64,000 nucleotides of DNA from an uncultured bacterium (GCA_963845185.1 CAWJRG010000009.1:256001-320000); one strand, 5' to 3'. Positions 18,353 to 28,710 are shown, numbered from the stretch's first letter. A program made the numbers and translations. The notes: generated from the letters alone by a model not told the origin.

Positions 18353-20296
18353 ATGATGTCTTCACTTTTTTCAGCAATATCAGGTTTACAAACCCACAAT
18401 GACTGGATGACGGTAATAGCAAACAACATCGCAAACGTTGACACTACTGCTTATAAGTCACAGAGGATAACGTTCAGGGACCAGATTTACCAGTCGCTTG
18501 GGTCGGCTTCAGGAGCAAATGAGCTAGAAAATCTCGGAGGAGTGAACCCTGAGGAACTCGGGCTCGGGGATGTTGTCGGCAGCATTGACACGCTAATGAC
18601 GCAGGGCGCTTTACAGACAACAGGGAACTCGCTTGACGTAGCCATAACAGGCAGCGGATTTTTTACCGTAAAGTCGGGCAATACTGTCGCATACACAAGG
18701 GCAGGCAATTTTGGCCAGGATGACCTTGGAAATGTTGTGACATCTTCAGGCGCAATTTTGCAGGGATGGGAAGGCACTTTTACAAGAACGACATCGGCAG
18801 GACCACAACAAACAGGCAGCCCAAACCCTCTTGCCCAGGTAATATCAGATACTTATGAGGTTAATTCCACTGACCCTTCAAAAATAGGAAATATCAATAT
18901 TCCAACCGACCTTGAAATGGCTGCTCAGATGACCAGCAAGATAGATTTTGCAGGAAATCTTGACGCAGAAACTCCGGTAAATGCAGCATGCTATGTCCCT
19001 ATTGTTGGTGGGCTTGTTGTAGCGAACAATGTAGCAACGGCTTTGCCTTCAAATTACGCGCCCGACCAATTGCCTGCAGCCGGTCAAGTTGTATCAATTG
19101 ACCAGGTTGATCAGGGGCTTACCCCAGTTACAGCTACTGCATGGCCACCTGTTGCGGCCAACACGAACTGCGCATATTTTCACGTGGGAGGCGCTGTGGG
19201 AGCAGCCATGGTGACGCCTGACGCGCAGACTACAATTACATGCTATGACTCGCTCGGAAATAAAAGAAGCATAACAGTATGGTATTTCCAGCACGGTGTC
19301 AATACTGACCCTGCTGCGCCTGCTGATGCCAGGCCTGTATGGGACTGGTATGCTTTTGATACAACCTATGTAGCGGGAAGTGCGAAATACACAGGCACGC
19401 CTGATTATTTTAACTGCATAGGAGGAACAAATATTCAAAGCGCGCCAGTGAATCCATTAACCAATGCGGTTGATACCAATTACAACACAGCTCCTGCGAC
19501 TTTTACTATTGATCCTGGAGATGTTTACTCACCAATTTGGTTCAACAATGACGGCTCCCTTGCGTCAAACGGCGGGACATGGCAATTTGCAGGCGCGGCA
19601 GGATTAAACGGCCGACAGGCACAGCCAACTTTGAATCTTGTCCAAAATCCGAGCGCATCGCAGGGATTAATGCCTGACGGCGCAATATCAATTCAGCAGA
19701 TTACAGCTAATTTTGGAACGGGAAATATTTGGCAAGGAGGAGCCGGACTACCGGATACCTTGAACGTAAATAACCCGATAGCTCCTTTTAATTCGCAGGT
19801 TGCAGTAGGTACTGCCAATGCGCTTGGCCAGAGGGACGGGCTGGTAGGAGATGTCATGGGCTCATTCCAGAATATAAACGGAGTGCAGACATATGTACCT
19901 GATTCAACTGCTTACGCGAAAGACCAGAACGGTTTTGGAGCAGGTACGCTTACCGGACTTTCTGTTGGCACAGACGGCACGGTTAACGGCCAGTTTTCAA
20001 ACCAGCAGACAATCGGCCTGGCAAAGATATCTCTTGCTGTGTTTGCCAACCCGGAGGGATTGCAGAAAGAGGGAAATTCGCTTTACAGCACAACATCAAA
20101 TTCCGGTGTTGCTAGAATGGTAACTGCGGCAAACGCAGGAGCAACATTAACAGGCGGAGCGCTTGAAGCTTCAAACGTAGATTTGTCTACCGAGCTCACA
20201 AATATGATAGTTGCGCAGGCGGGATTTAACGCCAATGCAAGGATAGTAACGGTTGACTCAGATATGCTTACGACTCTGACGCAACTTGGAAGATAA
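18353..20296 (+). CDS. flgE: Flagellar hook protein FlgE with large inserted domains
   Basis: NNIANVDT, YTRAGNF, GNLD, YDSLG, LEASNVDLSTEL. Confidence 0.95.
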   Translation: MMSSLFSAISGLQTHNDWMTVIANNIANVDTTAYKSQRITFRDQIYQSLGSASGANELENLGGVNPEELGLGDVVGSIDTLMTQGALQTTGNSLDVAITGSGFFTVKSGNTVAYTRAGNFGQDDLGNVVTSSGAILQGWEGTFTRTTSAGPQQTGSPNPLAQVISDTYEVNSTDPSKIGNINIPTDLEMAAQMTSKIDFAGNLDAETPVNAACYVPIVGGLVVANNVATALPSNYAPDQLPAAGQVVSIDQVDQGLTPVTATAWPPVAANTNCAYFHVGGAVGAAMVTPDAQTTITCYDSLGNKRSITVWYFQHGVNTDPAAPADARPVWDWYAFDTTYVAGSAKYTGTPDYFNCIGGTNIQSAPVNPLTNAVDTNYNTAPATFTIDPGDVYSPIWFNNDGSLASNGGTWQFAGAAGLNGRQAQPTLNLVQNPSASQGLMPDGAISIQQITANFGTGNIWQGGAGLPDTLNVNNPIAPFNSQVAVGTANALGQRDGLVGDVMGSFQNINGVQTYVPDSTAYAKDQNGFGAGTLTGLSVGTDGTVNGQFSNQQTIGLAKISLAVFANPEGLQKEGNSLYSTTSNSGVARMVTAANAGATLTGGALEASNVDLSTELTNMIVAQAGFNANARIVTVDSDMLTTLTQLGR

Positions 20297-20312
20297 GCTT
20301 AGATTTTTAAGC

Positions 20313-20349
20313 AAAGAGGGCGGGATTTTTCCCGCCCTCTTTTATTTTC
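20313..20349 (+). terminator. Intrinsic terminator after flgE
   Basis: AAAGAGGGCGGGA-TTTT-TCCCGCCCTCTTT followed by a T-rich tract. Confidence 0.9.
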
Positions 20350-20564
20350 TTAAAAACTGTCATTTTGTTATTTACAATAAAAAGCCATATATCAATTTTT
20401 TGAGAGAATTTAAACGAAAATGGGATTAAAACCAAATTATTTTATACAAAATCAATTATTTTGTATAATTAAGCTTAAAAATCCTAAAAATGGTAATTAT
20501 ATAATAGGAAAACAAAGCAATTAAAACAAATATTTAAAGCGTGAAACAAAAAATAATTTTCTTA

Positions 20565-20593
20565 TTGACAAGAGATTTCAAAAATTGTAGAAT
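20565..20593 (+). promoter_or_regulatory. sigma70-type promoter of the flbD-mot-fli-flh operon
   Basis: TTGACA-17bp-TAGAAT. Confidence 0.75.
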
Positions 20594-20622
20594 ACCTTTG
20601 CAATTTTTTAAGGAGAAAAACA

Positions 20623-20832
20623 GTGATTTTTGTTACGCGTTTTGACGGTAAAAAAATAGTAATTAATGCCGAACTTATTGAAATGATAGAAGAAACACCG
20701 GAGACAATGATAAGTATGACTACCGGGAAAAAGATAACAATAAAAGAAAAAATCGAAGAGGTGATTGAAAAAGTGAAACAATTTAAAATAGAAACAAATT
20801 ATCCTGTTGTTAAAAAAAATGAAAACTCTTAA
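20623..20832 (+). CDS. flbD: Flagellar FlbD/SwrD family protein
   Basis: MIFVTRFDG..VINAELIEMIEETPETMISMTTGKK. Confidence 0.9.
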   Translation: MIFVTRFDGKKIVINAELIEMIEETPETMISMTTGKKITIKEKIEEVIEKVKQFKIETNYPVVKKNENS

Positions 20833-20847
20833 ACCGGGGGTGCCAAA

Positions 20848-21690
20848 GTGAAATTAGATTCATCAACAATAATAGGATTAGTAATTGCCTGGGGTTCTTT
20901 GTTTATCGCTCTCCTTTTAGAGGGCGGCATTCAATCTGTTACTAGCTTTTTACAATTATCTGCATTTTTTATAGTATTTGGAGGCACCGTGGGAGCAGGT
21001 ATTATCAGTTATCCGTGGGATGTTTTTACCAATATTTTTACAATAACAAGAAACGCGTTCATACAGAGGAAGATGAACCCCAACGACGTCATAAACACAC
21101 TTGTTGGATTTGCGACCAAAGCGAGAAGGGAAGGGCTTCTGGGATTAGAAGATGAAATAGCGAATGTAGACGATAATTTTCTGAAAAAAGGTATCCAGCT
21201 TGTTGTAGACGGCACGGACATAGAACTTGTCAGAAACATACTTGAGACAGACCTTTCATTCTTGGAGACAAGGCACAAAATGGGTGAAGGAGTGTTCACG
21301 ACCATGGGCGGTTTTTCACCTACACTGGGAATCATAGGAACGGTTATGGGGCTTGTCCATGCTCTGGCCACAATTGAAAGCGCGACAAAAGTGGCACAAG
21401 CTATAGCAGTCGCGTTTATCGCCACTTTCTACGGGATATCTTTTGCAAACCTTATTTTTCTTCCGATTGCTAATAAGCTAAAAGCAAAAACAGCCGAAGA
21501 GGTGCTGTTGCGAGAGGTTATGATAGAAGGCATTTTATCAATATCCGCAGGCGACAACCCGCGAATAGTTGAAGAAAAACTAAAAGCATTCTTGTCTCCA
21601 AAAGAACAGGCAGCCAAAGAAGAAGCTGCCGGCGGCACCCAAAGGGCAGCAGGCGGCGGTGGTGCGGCAGCGGGTGGAGGCGCAGCATAA
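20848..21690 (+). CDS. motA: Flagellar stator MotA
   Basis: ARREGLLGLE, PTLGIIGTVMGL, ATFYG. Confidence 0.95.
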   Translation: MKLDSSTIIGLVIAWGSLFIALLLEGGIQSVTSFLQLSAFFIVFGGTVGAGIISYPWDVFTNIFTITRNAFIQRKMNPNDVINTLVGFATKARREGLLGLEDEIANVDDNFLKKGIQLVVDGTDIELVRNILETDLSFLETRHKMGEGVFTTMGGFSPTLGIIGTVMGLVHALATIESATKVAQAIAVAFIATFYGISFANLIFLPIANKLKAKTAEEVLLREVMIEGILSISAGDNPRIVEEKLKAFLSPKEQAAKEEAAGGTQRAAGGGGAAAGGGAA

Positions 21691-22515
21691 ATGGCAAAGA
21701 GGAAGCAATTTGGAATAGGAGAGGGCGGAGAAATAGAAACCGCAGGCATGATGCGGTGGCTTTTGACATATGCCGACATGCTTACATTGCTTTTTGCTTT
21801 GTTTGTTATTATGTATGCTGTATCAGCAGTTGATGTGACAAAACTAAAAGCTCTTGCTACAGCTCTTGGACAGGCATTCGGTGCTTCAGGGCAGACATCG
21901 GTTTTGCAATCAGGCGCAACCACTGATACGAAACCGGTAATTATGGAGGTATCCCAGGTCCAGCTTACAACTACAAGGGAAAAGGTCCAAAAATGGATAT
22001 TGCAGCAGAAACTTGAAAAAGAAATAAAGTTGAGGCTTGATGAAAGAGGCCTTGTAATAAGTTTAATGACGGATAGGATACTTTTTCAGCCCGGCAACTC
22101 GATTTTGCTTCCCAGGACAAAAATAATACTTTCTGACATAGCAGAATTAATAAAGGAAACCACAAATCCCATAGTAGTTGAGGGATACACAGACGATATG
22201 CCTATAGTGAAAAACACAAGATTCAAGGATAATTGGGATTTATCAGCTTCAAGGTCGGTGAATGTGGTAAAGTATCTTATACTAAAAGGTCTGTCTCCGG
22301 ACAGAATGTCTTCAGCAGCATACGCTCAATATAAACCAATTGTGCCGAATATTGACGACATTACGAGAGCCAAAAACAGGAGAATTGATATTGTTTTATT
22401 AAAGGCAAATTTAATAGACGATAAGGTAAAAGAATCGAGGGAAATGCCTTTGCCGTCTGACCTTAGGATAAAGAAAAAGATTGAGCAGGAGAATTTGAAA
22501 AATATAACCTACTAA
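21691..22515 (+). CDS. motB: Flagellar stator MotB
   Basis: WLLTYADMLTLL TM motif; OmpA-like domain (EGYTD, NWDLS, NRRIDI). Confidence 0.95.
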   Translation: MAKRKQFGIGEGGEIETAGMMRWLLTYADMLTLLFALFVIMYAVSAVDVTKLKALATALGQAFGASGQTSVLQSGATTDTKPVIMEVSQVQLTTTREKVQKWILQQKLEKEIKLRLDERGLVISLMTDRILFQPGNSILLPRTKIILSDIAELIKETTNPIVVEGYTDDMPIVKNTRFKDNWDLSASRSVNVVKYLILKGLSPDRMSSAAYAQYKPIVPNIDDITRAKNRRIDIVLLKANLIDDKVKESREMPLPSDLRIKKKIEQENLKNITY

Positions 22516-22539
22516 ATACACCCATGAGGAGGTAATTTT

Positions 22540-23004
22540 ATGGCGGGAGAAGAAAGAAGGACTTTGCAATTATTAATTATTCTGGTAAGTGCTGTGCTGA
22601 TACTGAGTTTAATTTCCGCGGGAGCCACTTTTTTTGTTTTAATTTCGAAGGTTACTCCTGCAACAAAAAAGGTCATAGTAGAAAAGCCGGAACTCGGGCC
22701 AATACAGTCGCTTGGAGAATTCACTGTAAATCTGGCAGACCCGACCGAAACGCATTATTTGAGAACGAACGTGGTTCTGGAACTTGATTACGGCAGCAAT
22801 TTAAAACTTTCCGATGAAGTTGACAAGAGAACCCCGCAGATAAAGGATATAGTTATATCCGCTTTAAGCAGCAAGACTTCAATTCAGCTTGCGGACCCAG
22901 AAAATAGAGAAGCATTAAAACAAGAAATAAAAGATAAAATAAATGCGATTTTAAACAGGGGCCAGATTACAAAGGTTTATTTCACAACGTTCGCGATACA
23001 ATAA
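22540..23004 (+). CDS. fliL: Flagellar protein FliL
   Basis: N-terminal TM, FTVNLAD, KVYFTTFAIQ. Confidence 0.93.
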   Translation: MAGEERRTLQLLIILVSAVLILSLISAGATFFVLISKVTPATKKVIVEKPELGPIQSLGEFTVNLADPTETHYLRTNVVLELDYGSNLKLSDEVDKRTPQIKDIVISALSSKTSIQLADPENREALKQEIKDKINAILNRGQITKVYFTTFAIQ

Positions 23005-23027
23005 ATTGATTAACGGGGTGTTTAATA

Positions 23028-24089
23028 ATGCCGGACGATATACTATCGGATAGTGAACTAAACGCCCTTCTTGCCGGAATGCAGGGAGGGGCAAAAAAAG
23101 AGGATAAAGAAGAAGAGGAAACCGAAGCTGGGTCTTCGAAGGGCGCGCCTGCTAAGAAGAAGGGTAGCATAAAAAGTTATGACTTCAGAAGGCCTGATAA
23201 ATTTTCAAAAGACCAAATAAGAACTATTGAAATGATGCATGAAAGTTTTGCAAGGCATTTTGGCGCGGATCTTTCGGGATATATTAGGACTATAGCAGAA
23301 GTAAGTGTTACATCAGTGCGGCAGATGACATACAACGAATATATTGAAAAAATACCGAATCCAACAAGTATAGCAATATTCAGCCTTGAACCCTTGAAAG
23401 GCATGGCTATTTATGAGATAAACCCCAGTATTATTTTCCCGATAATCGACAGGGTGCTTGGCGGCCGCGGTGCGGCAATGACCAAACCAAGGGAACTGAC
23501 AGACCTTGAGCAGGCTATTGTAGCTAAAATAATAGAAAAAGCATTTGTTAATTTAAAGGACTCGTGGCACAGGATTATCGCTTTTGAACCTGAAATAAAG
23601 GCAAGAGAAACAAATCCGCAGTTTGTTCAGATTGTGGCGCCAAATGAAATGGTATTAAACTTAAATTTTGAAATAAAAATTAAAGAACATGTCGGAGCCA
23701 TGTCAATGGCATTGCCGTATATGGTTATTGAACCTATTCTTTTTAAATTAAGTGCAAGACAATGGTTCACATTAACAAAAGAAGAAGTTTCCCCGGAAAC
23801 AAGGGAGATACTGGACAAGAAAGTTAAAAATACGTGGATACCTATACTTATTGAATTGGGTGGTACGATTTTAACGGTAGATCAGATAATAAATTTAAAA
23901 CCTGGCGATATAGTAAAGCTTGAAACAAATGTGAAAGACGATATTCTTATACTCGCGGAAAGCAAACCAATGTTTTACGGGAAATTAGGTGTAAAGGGTA
24001 AAAAGAAAGCTGTAAAAATAACAAGAATTATCAAAAAAACAGATACTTCATACGAAAAAAAGTTTTTAACTAAATTAGGAGGTGGCTAA
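23028..24089 (+). CDS. fliM: Flagellar motor switch protein FliM
   Basis: ILSDSELNALL CheY-binding motif, YDFRRPDKFSKDQIR, ETNPQF. Confidence 0.96.
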   Translation: MPDDILSDSELNALLAGMQGGAKKEDKEEEETEAGSSKGAPAKKKGSIKSYDFRRPDKFSKDQIRTIEMMHESFARHFGADLSGYIRTIAEVSVTSVRQMTYNEYIEKIPNPTSIAIFSLEPLKGMAIYEINPSIIFPIIDRVLGGRGAAMTKPRELTDLEQAIVAKIIEKAFVNLKDSWHRIIAFEPEIKARETNPQFVQIVAPNEMVLNLNFEIKIKEHVGAMSMALPYMVIEPILFKLSARQWFTLTKEEVSPETREILDKKVKNTWIPILIELGGTILTVDQIINLKPGDIVKLETNVKDDILILAESKPMFYGKLGVKGKKKAVKITRIIKKTDTSYEKKFLTKLGGG

Positions 24090-24090
24090 A

Positions 24091-25041
24091 TTGGCTTTAA
24101 ATGGTGACGAAAAAAAATCAGCAACAGAGATACTATCACAGGCAATACCAAGCGGCGAAAAAATGCTTTCTGAATTGCTCGGAAGAGCAACTACTATATC
24201 AATAGTTGATGTGAAAGCCATGTCAGCGCAGGAATTAGGAGGTCTTATTAAAGGCCGATGCCTTATTGCGCCGGTGGAAATAGGAGATGGTGGAGGGAAT
24301 TCGGTTTTTCTTGCTGAGGAAAACCAGGCCGCTATCATGGCTGACCTCATGATAGGCCAAGATGGCACAAATCCTCCTACAACTCTTGAAGATCTTCATT
24401 TAAGCGCAGTGGCCGAGCTTACAAATCAAGTAGTTGATGCAATTGTTAGTAATATATCAACGCAGGTTGTCAGGCCAATGATGACAACACCTTCCGAGAT
24501 TACGATGGTAAATCTTAAATCCGGAGTTGTGCCCGGCGTAAATGGAGAAGCTGTTGTAGTTGATGCAGAACTTAAAATTGGCGATTTCAACCCGGGCAAG
24601 GTTGCATTTGTATTTTCCGGTGAAGTGGCAGACCTTTTGAAAAGCGGTCCAAAGGCACCGGCTTCTTCGGAAGGTTTTATAAGCGACGTTACCGCAGGCG
24701 GGGAAGCGAAAACCAGTGCACCTGCTACAGCGCAGAAAGTCCAGGCAGCCGAGCTGCAGGAAGAAAGGACAACACCAATAATGGACCATAATTTACAACT
24801 TATTCTTGATGTACCTTTACAGGTTACAGTTGAGCTTGGCAGAACAGAAAAACTTGTGAGAGACGTATTGGATTTATCCCCGGGGTCTGTTATAGAGCTT
24901 GATAAATTAGCCGGCGAGCCGGTTGACATTTTGGTAAACCAGAAATATATCGCAAAAGGCGAGGTCGTAGTCATAGACGAAAACTTTGGTATCAGGATAA
25001 CAGATATTATCAGGCCGGTGGATAGAATACCAAAATTGTAA
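24091..25041 (+). CDS. fliY: FliY/FliN switch protein (CheC-like N-terminus plus SPOA domain)
   Basis: MADLMIG, LSAVAELTNQ, ILDVPLQVTVELG, GEVVVIDENFGIRI; TTG start after GGAGGT (GTG at 24082 is an alternative). Confidence 0.88.
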   Translation: MALNGDEKKSATEILSQAIPSGEKMLSELLGRATTISIVDVKAMSAQELGGLIKGRCLIAPVEIGDGGGNSVFLAEENQAAIMADLMIGQDGTNPPTTLEDLHLSAVAELTNQVVDAIVSNISTQVVRPMMTTPSEITMVNLKSGVVPGVNGEAVVVDAELKIGDFNPGKVAFVFSGEVADLLKSGPKAPASSEGFISDVTAGGEAKTSAPATAQKVQAAELQEERTTPIMDHNLQLILDVPLQVTVELGRTEKLVRDVLDLSPGSVIELDKLAGEPVDILVNQKYIAKGEVVVIDENFGIRITDIIRPVDRIPKL

Positions 25042-25688
25042 TGCACATGAAAAAAAATTCTCACATATTTCTTTTTTTTTTAATATTGTTTTTTTTGTTC
25101 TGTAATGCGGGTCTTGCAGTTGATACGCAAACAAACGTTACAAAAACCGGAACAGCTGTTGTTGCTAAGGAACTTGGGGGAGAAAAAGGTTACTTAGCCA
25201 ACGAAATTAAAAATATTGAAAATCCGGCAGCTATAAAAAGTCCAAGCGTGGTGGGGACAACAATAAATTTAATCTTGTCGCTATTATTTGTCATTGGTCT
25301 TATATACCTTGTAATGGTAGCTCTGAAGTTTTTCTACGTCAGAACATCCATTCCTTTACGGACAGGCGGGATAATAACCATATTAGCAAAAGAACACATT
25401 GACAGTAAAAGCGTTCTTTATGTTGTTGAGTTTGTTGACAGGATTTTACTATTGGGTCATGCAGGGGGGACAATAAACGCACTTTCCGAAATTAAGGATC
25501 CTGAAATAATAATCCAGATAAAAGAAAAAGCCGATGAATATATTTCGAAATATAGAATGAAGAATGAGTCGAAATTTTCCGAAGAGCTTAAAGCAAGCTA
25601 TTTAAAACAAGGACAAAAAATTATTGATGTTGGAAATAAAACTGTAAAAGAAATTCTGAATAAATTTAAAAAGAGCGATAAAAAATGA
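25041..25688 (+). CDS. fliO: Flagellar biosynthesis protein FliO/FliZ
   Basis: Position between fliY and fliP; TM followed by a beta-rich LYVVEF..RILLLG segment. Confidence 0.8.
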   Translation: MHMKKNSHIFLFFLILFFLFCNAGLAVDTQTNVTKTGTAVVAKELGGEKGYLANEIKNIENPAAIKSPSVVGTTINLILSLLFVIGLIYLVMVALKFFYVRTSIPLRTGGIITILAKEHIDSKSVLYVVEFVDRILLLGHAGGTINALSEIKDPEIIIQIKEKADEYISKYRMKNESKFSEELKASYLKQGQKIIDVGNKTVKEILNKFKKSDKK

Positions 25689-26461
25689 GAAAAAGCGGAA
25701 AAAACTGGCTAAAGAGATTAATTTTTATATGCGTCACATTATTTTTGGTTGTTTTTGCGTGCAAAGTTTTATTTGCTGCAGAAGCACTTACTATACCAAA
25801 AATTGATTTGAATATATCTCCTTCAAAAAGCCCCAAAGATGTGGCTACCACAATTCAAATTTTTATACTTCTGACTGTCCTTACGCTCGCTCCGGCTATT
25901 TTAATAATGATGACATCATTTACTAGGATTGTTATAGTGCTTTCTTTTTTGCGCCAGGCACTCGGCAGTCAGCAGATACCATCCAATCAGATACTTATTG
26001 GACTGGCGCTTTTTATGACATTTTTTATAATGAAACCTACTGGCGATGAAATTTACAATAAAGCTTGGCTTCCTTACGTTGATAATAAATTGACACTGGA
26101 GCAGTCTATACAGGAGGGGATAAAGCCTATAAGAAAATTTATGTTCAAACAAACAAGGGAAAAGGATCTGGCTCTTTTTATATTTCTTTCAAAAACAAAG
26201 AGGCCAAAGAATCAGGATGACGTACCAACAAGTACATTGATACCGGCTTTTATAATTAGCGAACTAAAAACTGCGTTCACGGTTGGGTTTTTAATATACG
26301 TTCCTTTCCTAATCATAGATATTGTTGTTGCAAGCACTTTAATGTCAATGGGTATGCTCATGCTGCCGCCTGTAATGATATCGCTTCCTTTTAAAATATT
26401 GCTTTTTATACTTGTAGACGGGTGGCACCTGCTGGCCAGGGCTCTTGCTGTAAGTTTTTAG
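25685..26461 (+). CDS. fliP: Flagellar export protein FliP
   Basis: MMTSFTRIVIVL, PAFIISELKTAF, MGMLMLPP. Confidence 0.97.
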   Translation: MRKSGKNWLKRLIFICVTLFLVVFACKVLFAAEALTIPKIDLNISPSKSPKDVATTIQIFILLTVLTLAPAILIMMTSFTRIVIVLSFLRQALGSQQIPSNQILIGLALFMTFFIMKPTGDEIYNKAWLPYVDNKLTLEQSIQEGIKPIRKFMFKQTREKDLALFIFLSKTKRPKNQDDVPTSTLIPAFIISELKTAFTVGFLIYVPFLIIDIVVASTLMSMGMLMLPPVMISLPFKILLFILVDGWHLLARALAVSF

Positions 26462-26470
26462 GTGAAATAA

Positions 26471-26743
26471 ATGAGCATTGAATTTATTACAAGCTTTGCA
26501 AGAGAGGCGCTTATTCTTACTTTGCTTCTTTCGGCACCTCTTCTTGGTTTTGCACTGATTGTGGGAGTGCTAATAAGTATTTTTCAAGCTGTAACTCAAA
26601 TACAAGAAATGACCCTTACTTTTGTACCTAAAATAATTGTTACTTTGCTCGCCACAATTGTTTTTGGGCCTTGGATATTACGACTACTGTTAAATTTTAC
26701 GTCGGCTCTTTTTTTGAGTTTGCCGACATATATGAAAATGTAA
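26471..26743 (+). CDS. fliQ: Flagellar export protein FliQ
   Basis: FQAVTQIQEMTLTFVPK. Confidence 0.97.
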   Translation: MSIEFITSFAREALILTLLLSAPLLGFALIVGVLISIFQAVTQIQEMTLTFVPKIIVTLLATIVFGPWILRLLLNFTSALFLSLPTYMKM

Positions 26744-26749
26744 AGGGAC

Positions 26750-27529
26750 ATGGATTTATTCAACATTGCCATTAGAGAAGGCCAAATATTTTTACTAATT
26801 GTATTTAGAGTGACAGCAGTATTTTTAACAGCCCCACTGTTTGGAAGTGGGAATATACCTGCGCAGGTAAAAATAGGTTTTGCTTTTATAATATGTTTTA
26901 TTATTTATCCGGTTATTGATAAAAGTTTTAATATGCCGACTGACACTATACTTTTTGCCTTGCTTATTTTAAAACAAGTTTTTATAGGTGCTTTAATAGG
27001 TTATGCAACATATCTTGTTTTTGCGGGGATACAGCTATCAGGCCAGATAATAGACCTGCAGATGGGATTTGGAATAGTAAACGTAATTGACCCGATGTCA
27101 AATATGCAAGTTTCTATAATAGGGCAATTTGAATTTCTAATTGGTGTGTTAATATTTCTTGCAATAAATGGACACCATCTGCTTATACAGGCAGTGGTTG
27201 ACAGTTTTAAACTTGCACCAATTATGAGCGTAGGTATTACTAATATTACGGTAGAGAAACTGGCGGATATTTTTTTTAACATGTTTTTAATAGCTTTAAA
27301 GATTGCAGGGCCGGCTACAGTAGCCCTGTTTCTTACTAATGTAGCGCTGGGTTTTATCGCAAGGACAATACCGCAAATGAACGTATTTATTGTAGGGCTG
27401 CCAGTCAATATACTTATTGGTATAGCAACTTTATTAATATCATTACCAATATTGGTTAATATGTTTAATGGACTGTTGAACTCCATGTGGAGTGATATTT
27501 ATATACTTATTAAAAGCATGAGAGTGTAA
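26750..27529 (+). CDS. fliR: Flagellar export protein FliR
   Basis: GQIIDLQMGF, NGHH, PQMNVFIVGLP. Confidence 0.96.
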   Translation: MDLFNIAIREGQIFLLIVFRVTAVFLTAPLFGSGNIPAQVKIGFAFIICFIIYPVIDKSFNMPTDTILFALLILKQVFIGALIGYATYLVFAGIQLSGQIIDLQMGFGIVNVIDPMSNMQVSIIGQFEFLIGVLIFLAINGHHLLIQAVVDSFKLAPIMSVGITNITVEKLADIFFNMFLIALKIAGPATVALFLTNVALGFIARTIPQMNVFIVGLPVNILIGIATLLISLPILVNMFNGLLNSMWSDIYILIKSMRV

Positions 27530-27577
27530 CTTAAATAGGCAGTTGATATAAAATTATTAGAAACGAGGCTGTAAAGA

Positions 27578-28708
27578 ATGCCAGAACCAGATAGGACAGA
27601 AACTGCAACTCCTAAAAAGCGCGAGGACGTACGAAAAAAAGGCCAAGTGGCTCGAAGTGTAGAGATCAACTCTGTTCTCAATCTGTTGATTGTATTCATT
27701 ACTCTCAAGGTTTTCGGCGGCTATATTATAAATAAACTAAGTGGAATATCAGTTTATTTCTGGAGCAACTTATTTACATTTAATTTAACCCCGGACAATA
27801 TAGGCGGATTTACTTTTGAAATACTTATTAAGATTTTATTTATATTATTGCCTATATTTCTTGCTGCACTTTTAATCGGTATAATTTCAAATATACTGCA
27901 AGTAGGCTTTAATATTTCTTTTGAGCCATTAAAGCCGAACTTAGATAATATCAATCCCACAAAGGGGCTTCAAAGGATATTTTCAAAAAGAATGCTTATT
28001 GAGCTTGCGAAGGCTTTTTTAAAAATTTTGATCATAGGTTATATTTTCTACGGCAGTGTAAAAAAAATATTCAATGACATATTCATGACACCGCTCATGG
28101 ATATTAATACGCTTCTTGTGTTTGTATCGACGGCAACATTTAATCTTGCCATGAAAATAGTCGTGGCATTTATTGTTTTTGCCTTTATTGATTTTCTTTA
28201 CCAGCGATGGGAATTTGAACAAAATATAAAAATGACCAAGCAGGAAATAAAAGATGAAATGAAACAGTTGGAAGGAGACCCTTTAATAAAGGCAAGAATC
28301 AGGAATATTCAAAGAGAAATGGCAAGGCGCAGGATGATATCCGAAATCCCGAGGGCAGACGTTGTTATTACAAATCCAACACACATAGCTGTAGCTTTGC
28401 TTTACGACGAAAAAGAAAGTCCTGCACCAAGGGTAGTGGCAAGAGGTTTTAATTTTATGGCTGAAAAAATAAAAAAAATAGCAAAGGAAAACTATGTACC
28501 TATTATAGAAAACCGTTATCTGGCAAGATTACTTTCGGAGGTTGACATAGGAAGGGAAATACCTTATGAACTTTTTCAGGCAGTGGCTGAAATACTTGCT
28601 TATGTATACCAGATAAAAGGAAAAATAAAACTTGATGGAATAGCAAAAAAAGTGGATAATAATATTTTAGATAGACAAGGAATACAACCGGACGCAGGAG
28701 GTAGTTAA
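27578..28708 (+). CDS. flhB: Flagellar export protein FlhB
   Basis: RTETATPKK, EGDP, NPTH autocleavage motif. Confidence 0.97.
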   Translation: MPEPDRTETATPKKREDVRKKGQVARSVEINSVLNLLIVFITLKVFGGYIINKLSGISVYFWSNLFTFNLTPDNIGGFTFEILIKILFILLPIFLAALLIGIISNILQVGFNISFEPLKPNLDNINPTKGLQRIFSKRMLIELAKAFLKILIIGYIFYGSVKKIFNDIFMTPLMDINTLLVFVSTATFNLAMKIVVAFIVFAFIDFLYQRWEFEQNIKMTKQEIKDEMKQLEGDPLIKARIRNIQREMARRRMISEIPRADVVITNPTHIAVALLYDEKESPAPRVVARGFNFMAEKIKKIAKENYVPIIENRYLARLLSEVDIGREIPYELFQAVAEILAYVYQIKGKIKLDGIAKKVDNNILDRQGIQPDAGGS

Positions 28709-28710
28709 TT

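Noticed and set aside
18900..18975. Spirochete-type lysinoalanine cross-link site in FlgE
   Set aside because: The position before NLD is Gly (FAGNLD), not the Cys used in Treponema FlgE, and the partner Lys motif is not evident.
21620..21690. Gly/Ala-rich MotA tail as a functional novelty
   Set aside because: Short low-complexity extension with no further support.
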